Shown here piece by piece: positions 37,591-41,051 of a stretch of DNA of 41,051 nucleotides (its first letter is position 1; every line of letters starts with the position of its first letter). The DNA comes from a virus (taxonomy: Duplodnaviria > Heunggongvirae > Uroviricota > Caudoviricetes), in the IMG/VR virus record IMGVR_UViG_2526164667_000035; one strand, given 5' to 3'. Under the pieces are notes generated by a model that was given only the letters and a program-made list of their open reading frames with translations, did no database searches and was not told the origin of the DNA. The translations under genes and the position numbers were made by a program.

Positions 37591-38985
37591 ATGCCTCAAA
37601 ACTTTATCCCTCGCCCCTACCAAGATCTCATTATCAACCACGAAATCGACATCATGCGCTGCAACATCTGGGCAGGTATGGGAATGGGTAAAACCGTAGC
37701 GACACTCACCACGCTGGAAGATCTTTTCATGGCTGGAGCAGAAACACGCCCCGCGCTGGTCCTCGCGCCGCTACGCGTTGCAGCAAGCACCTGGCCTGAT
37801 GAAGCTGTTAAATGGGGGCATCTGCGTAATATTGAGGTGCAGCCGATTGTTGGTAACGCCAAAGCGCGCTCTGCAGCGCTGGCGAACAGCAACGCAAGCG
37901 TGTTCACCATCAACTACGATAACCTTGTCTGGCTGGTTGAGGAATTGGGAGAACGATGGCCGTTCGGTACTGTCATTCCAGATGAAAGCACCCGGCTAAA
38001 ATCCTTCCGGCTGCGAGGTGGTGGTAAGCGCGCGGCGGCGCTGGGCAAAGTGGCGCATAAGTATGTCCGGCGCTGGATAAATCTCACCGGTACGCCAGCA
38101 CCGAACGGCCTGGTAGATTTGTGGGGACAAGCGTGGTTTGTGGACCAGGGGCAACGTCTCGGACGCACTTACGGCGCGTTTACCTCACGCTGGTTCAACT
38201 CGATACAGTTTCCGGGGCAGAGCTGGACCAAACTGGAACCGTTTGCTCACTCACAGGGTGAAATACAGCGAGCGTTAGCCGATGTGACCCTATCGCTGAA
38301 TGCGGCCGACTGGTTCGATATCAAAGACCCCATCCATAACGTAATCCGCGTGGATATGCCGCCGAAGGCCCGTCAGCAGTATCGTGAAATGGAAAAGGAA
38401 ATGTTCCTCGAGCTGAATGGCGAAGGCATCGAAGCACCGAACGCCGCGGCAAAGACACTGAAGTGTCTGCAAATCGCCAGTGGCGCAGTATACACAGACG
38501 ACACCGGAAGTTGGTCAGAACTGCATGACACCAAACTGCAGGCGCTGGACAGCATACTGACCGAAGCAGCTGGCGCACCTGTGCTGGTTGCTTATCACTG
38601 GAAACACGATCTTGAACGCTTGCTTAAAGCATTCCCTCGCGGTCGTCACCTCGACCAAGATCCACAGACACTGCGCGACTGGAATTCCGGAAAGATTCCT
38701 GTTCTCTTTGCACAGCCAGCCAGCGCGGGCCACGGTCTGAACATGCAGGACGGCGGAAACATACTGGTATTTTTCTCACACTGGTGGGACCTGGAGCAGT
38801 ATCAGCAAATTATTGAACGTATCGGCCCCACCAGGCAGATACAGGCCGGACACAATCGTCCGGTATTTATTCACCACATTATTGCGGCCGACACTATGGA
38901 CGAAATGGTGATGGAGCGGCGCAACTCAAAACGAACAGTGCAGGACATCCTGCTCGATGCCATGAAAAAGAGAGGTATAGCATGA
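37591..38985 (+). CDS. SNF2/DEAD-like superfamily 2 helicase
   Basis: Walker A GMGKT, DExx-type box IPDESTRLK, C-terminal helicase domain. Confidence 0.7.
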   Translation: MPQNFIPRPYQDLIINHEIDIMRCNIWAGMGMGKTVATLTTLEDLFMAGAETRPALVLAPLRVAASTWPDEAVKWGHLRNIEVQPIVGNAKARSAALANSNASVFTINYDNLVWLVEELGERWPFGTVIPDESTRLKSFRLRGGGKRAAALGKVAHKYVRRWINLTGTPAPNGLVDLWGQAWFVDQGQRLGRTYGAFTSRWFNSIQFPGQSWTKLEPFAHSQGEIQRALADVTLSLNAADWFDIKDPIHNVIRVDMPPKARQQYREMEKEMFLELNGEGIEAPNAAAKTLKCLQIASGAVYTDDTGSWSELHDTKLQALDSILTEAAGAPVLVAYHWKHDLERLLKAFPRGRHLDQDPQTLRDWNSGKIPVLFAQPASAGHGLNMQDGGNILVFFSHWWDLEQYQQIIERIGPTRQIQAGHNRPVFIHHIIAADTMDEMVMERRNSKRTVQDILLDAMKKRGIA

Positions 38986-39182
38986 GCGAGAAACCCGACG
39001 ATTTACTCACCCCAGATGAAGTATGCCAAAAGTTAGGTATTACACAGAAAACGCTATGTGAGTGGAATATTAAGCATCGTCATCGGGCTATCCTGGCACC
39101 AATTCGTTTCAGTGCAAAAGTAGTTCGTTATGAGCGCCGAAATGTCGACGCTTTTATTCAAAAGTGTCGCAGCCAGTATTAA
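38982..39182 (+). CDS. Excisionase / AlpA-like HTH protein
   Basis: 66-aa ORF with HTH-like segment (LTPDEVCQKLGITQKTLCEW); ATGA overlap with the helicase stop; adjacent to the integrase. Confidence 0.5.
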   Translation: MSEKPDDLLTPDEVCQKLGITQKTLCEWNIKHRHRAILAPIRFSAKVVRYERRNVDAFIQKCRSQY

Positions 39183-40582
39183 CCTCGCCGCCGTAGCAAT
39201 GCAACCTGCGCAAGTATGCTCCGCTCGTGAGCCTCGAAAGCTTCGCGCTTTAACGCAATCTCTTCCTGTAAAATCTCATCAGAAAAGTCGTAATGTTCTG
39301 CCATCGGGTCATCTGACTTGCTGGAGTGGTGAAGGCAAAGGAGGCTGATTTCCCTTCGGTCTGATCGGGAATAGCCTCTTTCCTTCATTAAGGCAATAAC
39401 ATTGCTCTTAAAGAATTTACGGCACATCGTATTAAATGCACCGTCTTTCCCTTTAACAGTCCCATCATGTTTTATTCCTTTTACAGCCCCGTCCGGGCTG
39501 TATGTTTTCACCAGCTTATCCAGTGATCGTTTTGAAAATGGCTGCATTGGATCACGTGGCTGCAAAAATACATAATCCCTGTTGCACTCAGGAACTGAAT
39601 CACGCCAGGCTTTCTGCTCGTCGATAATCCGCCGGATCTCAGGCGTTATCGGCAGGCGGAAAGCCTTTTGTGTTTTCATAGCCCCTCGCATGCCGATAAC
39701 CCCTTCCGGATAAACAATTTCACCAGCCTCCTCGTGAACGTAGTCCCAGCGCAGGTTATGGACATTAATCGGACGAACGCCAGTGATGATCATGAAGCGA
39801 ACAGCATTCTTCTGGTGTACAGAGGTGCAGGCAGCAACATTGAGCCAGAGTCGGGCGATTGATTCAATATCGGTAAAAAGCCGTGTGGGGGTAGGTTTCT
39901 GTACGCGGGAGGAAACATAATCATCTGGCAGACTGGCGGCAACATTGCGGCCGTTGCAAAGAGTAGGTGCGCAGAACTTCCAGAACCGACGGAGCTCGGC
40001 AAACAACTCCAGGGCGTTATTGTTCGAGCGAGTGGCGATCCACTCGTCCAGCACTTCCACCAGCCGATTGTATGTTACGTCGCTGAACACCTCACGCTCG
40101 CCGAACGTTGCTTTAATCCGGTTGATACGCACCCCGTAGGTTGTGAAACTGTCCGGGCTCAGCTTCTGCCGGGCGACTTTGGCTTTGAGGTCATCCCGGT
40201 ACATTTCCAGCGCTGCATGTACGGACTCTGCCCGCAAGCCACAGTCAGCCATACCTAGCGCTTTTTCGCGCGCCAGCTGGATAGCGAGCTCCGGCCACTC
40301 GCCGAGCTTTTTACCCTTGAGGCCCATCTTTTTTGGAAACTCGGCGTAAAATGTAACCTTACCGGCTTTGCTGAAATCGATACGGAGATAGTTCTCTTTT
40401 TCGTATTTGGAACGGCGAGCCACGCCGGAAGCAGCGAGGATGATTTTGGCGGCAGCAACACAGATTTTCATGTGTGCGCTGGTATAGGGGGGTTTACAGG
40501 CGTCCCATTTTTCAGATGCGGCTAAAACATCGTCATTATTGGGGCTATCCGGATTATGTGTTACAGTGCGCGGCATTCTCAA
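39179..40582 (-). CDS. int: Tyrosine-type site-specific integrase
   Basis: C-terminal catalytic region with TGVRP (Arg box) and LCLHHSSKSDDPMAEHY, resembling the lambda Int LLGHKSDTMASQY segment with the catalytic Tyr; at the prophage edge beside a host gene. Confidence 0.7.
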   Translation of the reverse strand: MRMPRTVTHNPDSPNNDDVLAASEKWDACKPPYTSAHMKICVAAAKIILAASGVARRSKYEKENYLRIDFSKAGKVTFYAEFPKKMGLKGKKLGEWPELAIQLAREKALGMADCGLRAESVHAALEMYRDDLKAKVARQKLSPDSFTTYGVRINRIKATFGEREVFSDVTYNRLVEVLDEWIATRSNNNALELFAELRRFWKFCAPTLCNGRNVAASLPDDYVSSRVQKPTPTRLFTDIESIARLWLNVAACTSVHQKNAVRFMIITGVRPINVHNLRWDYVHEEAGEIVYPEGVIGMRGAMKTQKAFRLPITPEIRRIIDEQKAWRDSVPECNRDYVFLQPRDPMQPFSKRSLDKLVKTYSPDGAVKGIKHDGTVKGKDGAFNTMCRKFFKSNVIALMKERGYSRSDRREISLLCLHHSSKSDDPMAEHYDFSDEILQEEIALKREAFEAHERSILAQVALLRRRG

Positions 40583-40781
40583 TCCTTATCTGCGTAGGCG
40601 CAGAAAACAAGCTCACACATACAAGTCTTTTCTACGGGACAAAATGCAATGTGTTGCGGTTTTGTGTTGCTGGACTGAGTTTATCAAGGTTAAATACACT
40701 GGATCAACATACAGTAAGTTAATGACGGTAAAGCATACAAACTCGATACAACTTACTGATTTTAAAATGATTTAACGGTAA

Positions 40782-41051
<270 letters not shown>

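Overview
The window is almost entirely one temperate prophage (about 40.6 kb) ending next to the host ferredoxin-like gene yfhL at the right edge. All calls rest on reading the sequence and recalled family motifs; no database search was run. Gene starts are approximate because the ORF track uses alternative start codons. Right to left: a tyrosine integrase and Xis-like HTH protein; a + strand early/replication arm (SNF2-like helicase, C5 cytosine methyltransferase, VRR-NUC nuclease, DUF4406-like protein, family A DNA polymerase, DUF2815-like and DUF2800-like proteins); a divergent CI-like repressor and Cro-like protein; then on the - strand a primase/helicase fusion with an iteron-rich putative origin, a Q antiterminator, a lysis cassette (dual-start holin, lambda R-like endolysin, Rz with embedded Rz1), terminase, portal, head genes, a Mu-like contractile tail with a -1 frameshift chaperone, baseplate genes, and a tail-fibre locus built as a Hin/Gin-type invertible segment whose right inverted repeat is cut by the window's left edge. 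Three compositionally distinct insertions of unknown function interrupt conserved modules and are the best candidates for an undescribed accessory or defence function: an AT-rich island inside the baseplate operon (5226-6361), an AT-rich convergent gene pair inside the replication module (31283-32698), and an opposite-strand 309-aa gene between the methyltransferase and helicase (36551-37480). I cannot say which, if any, is a genuinely new system.
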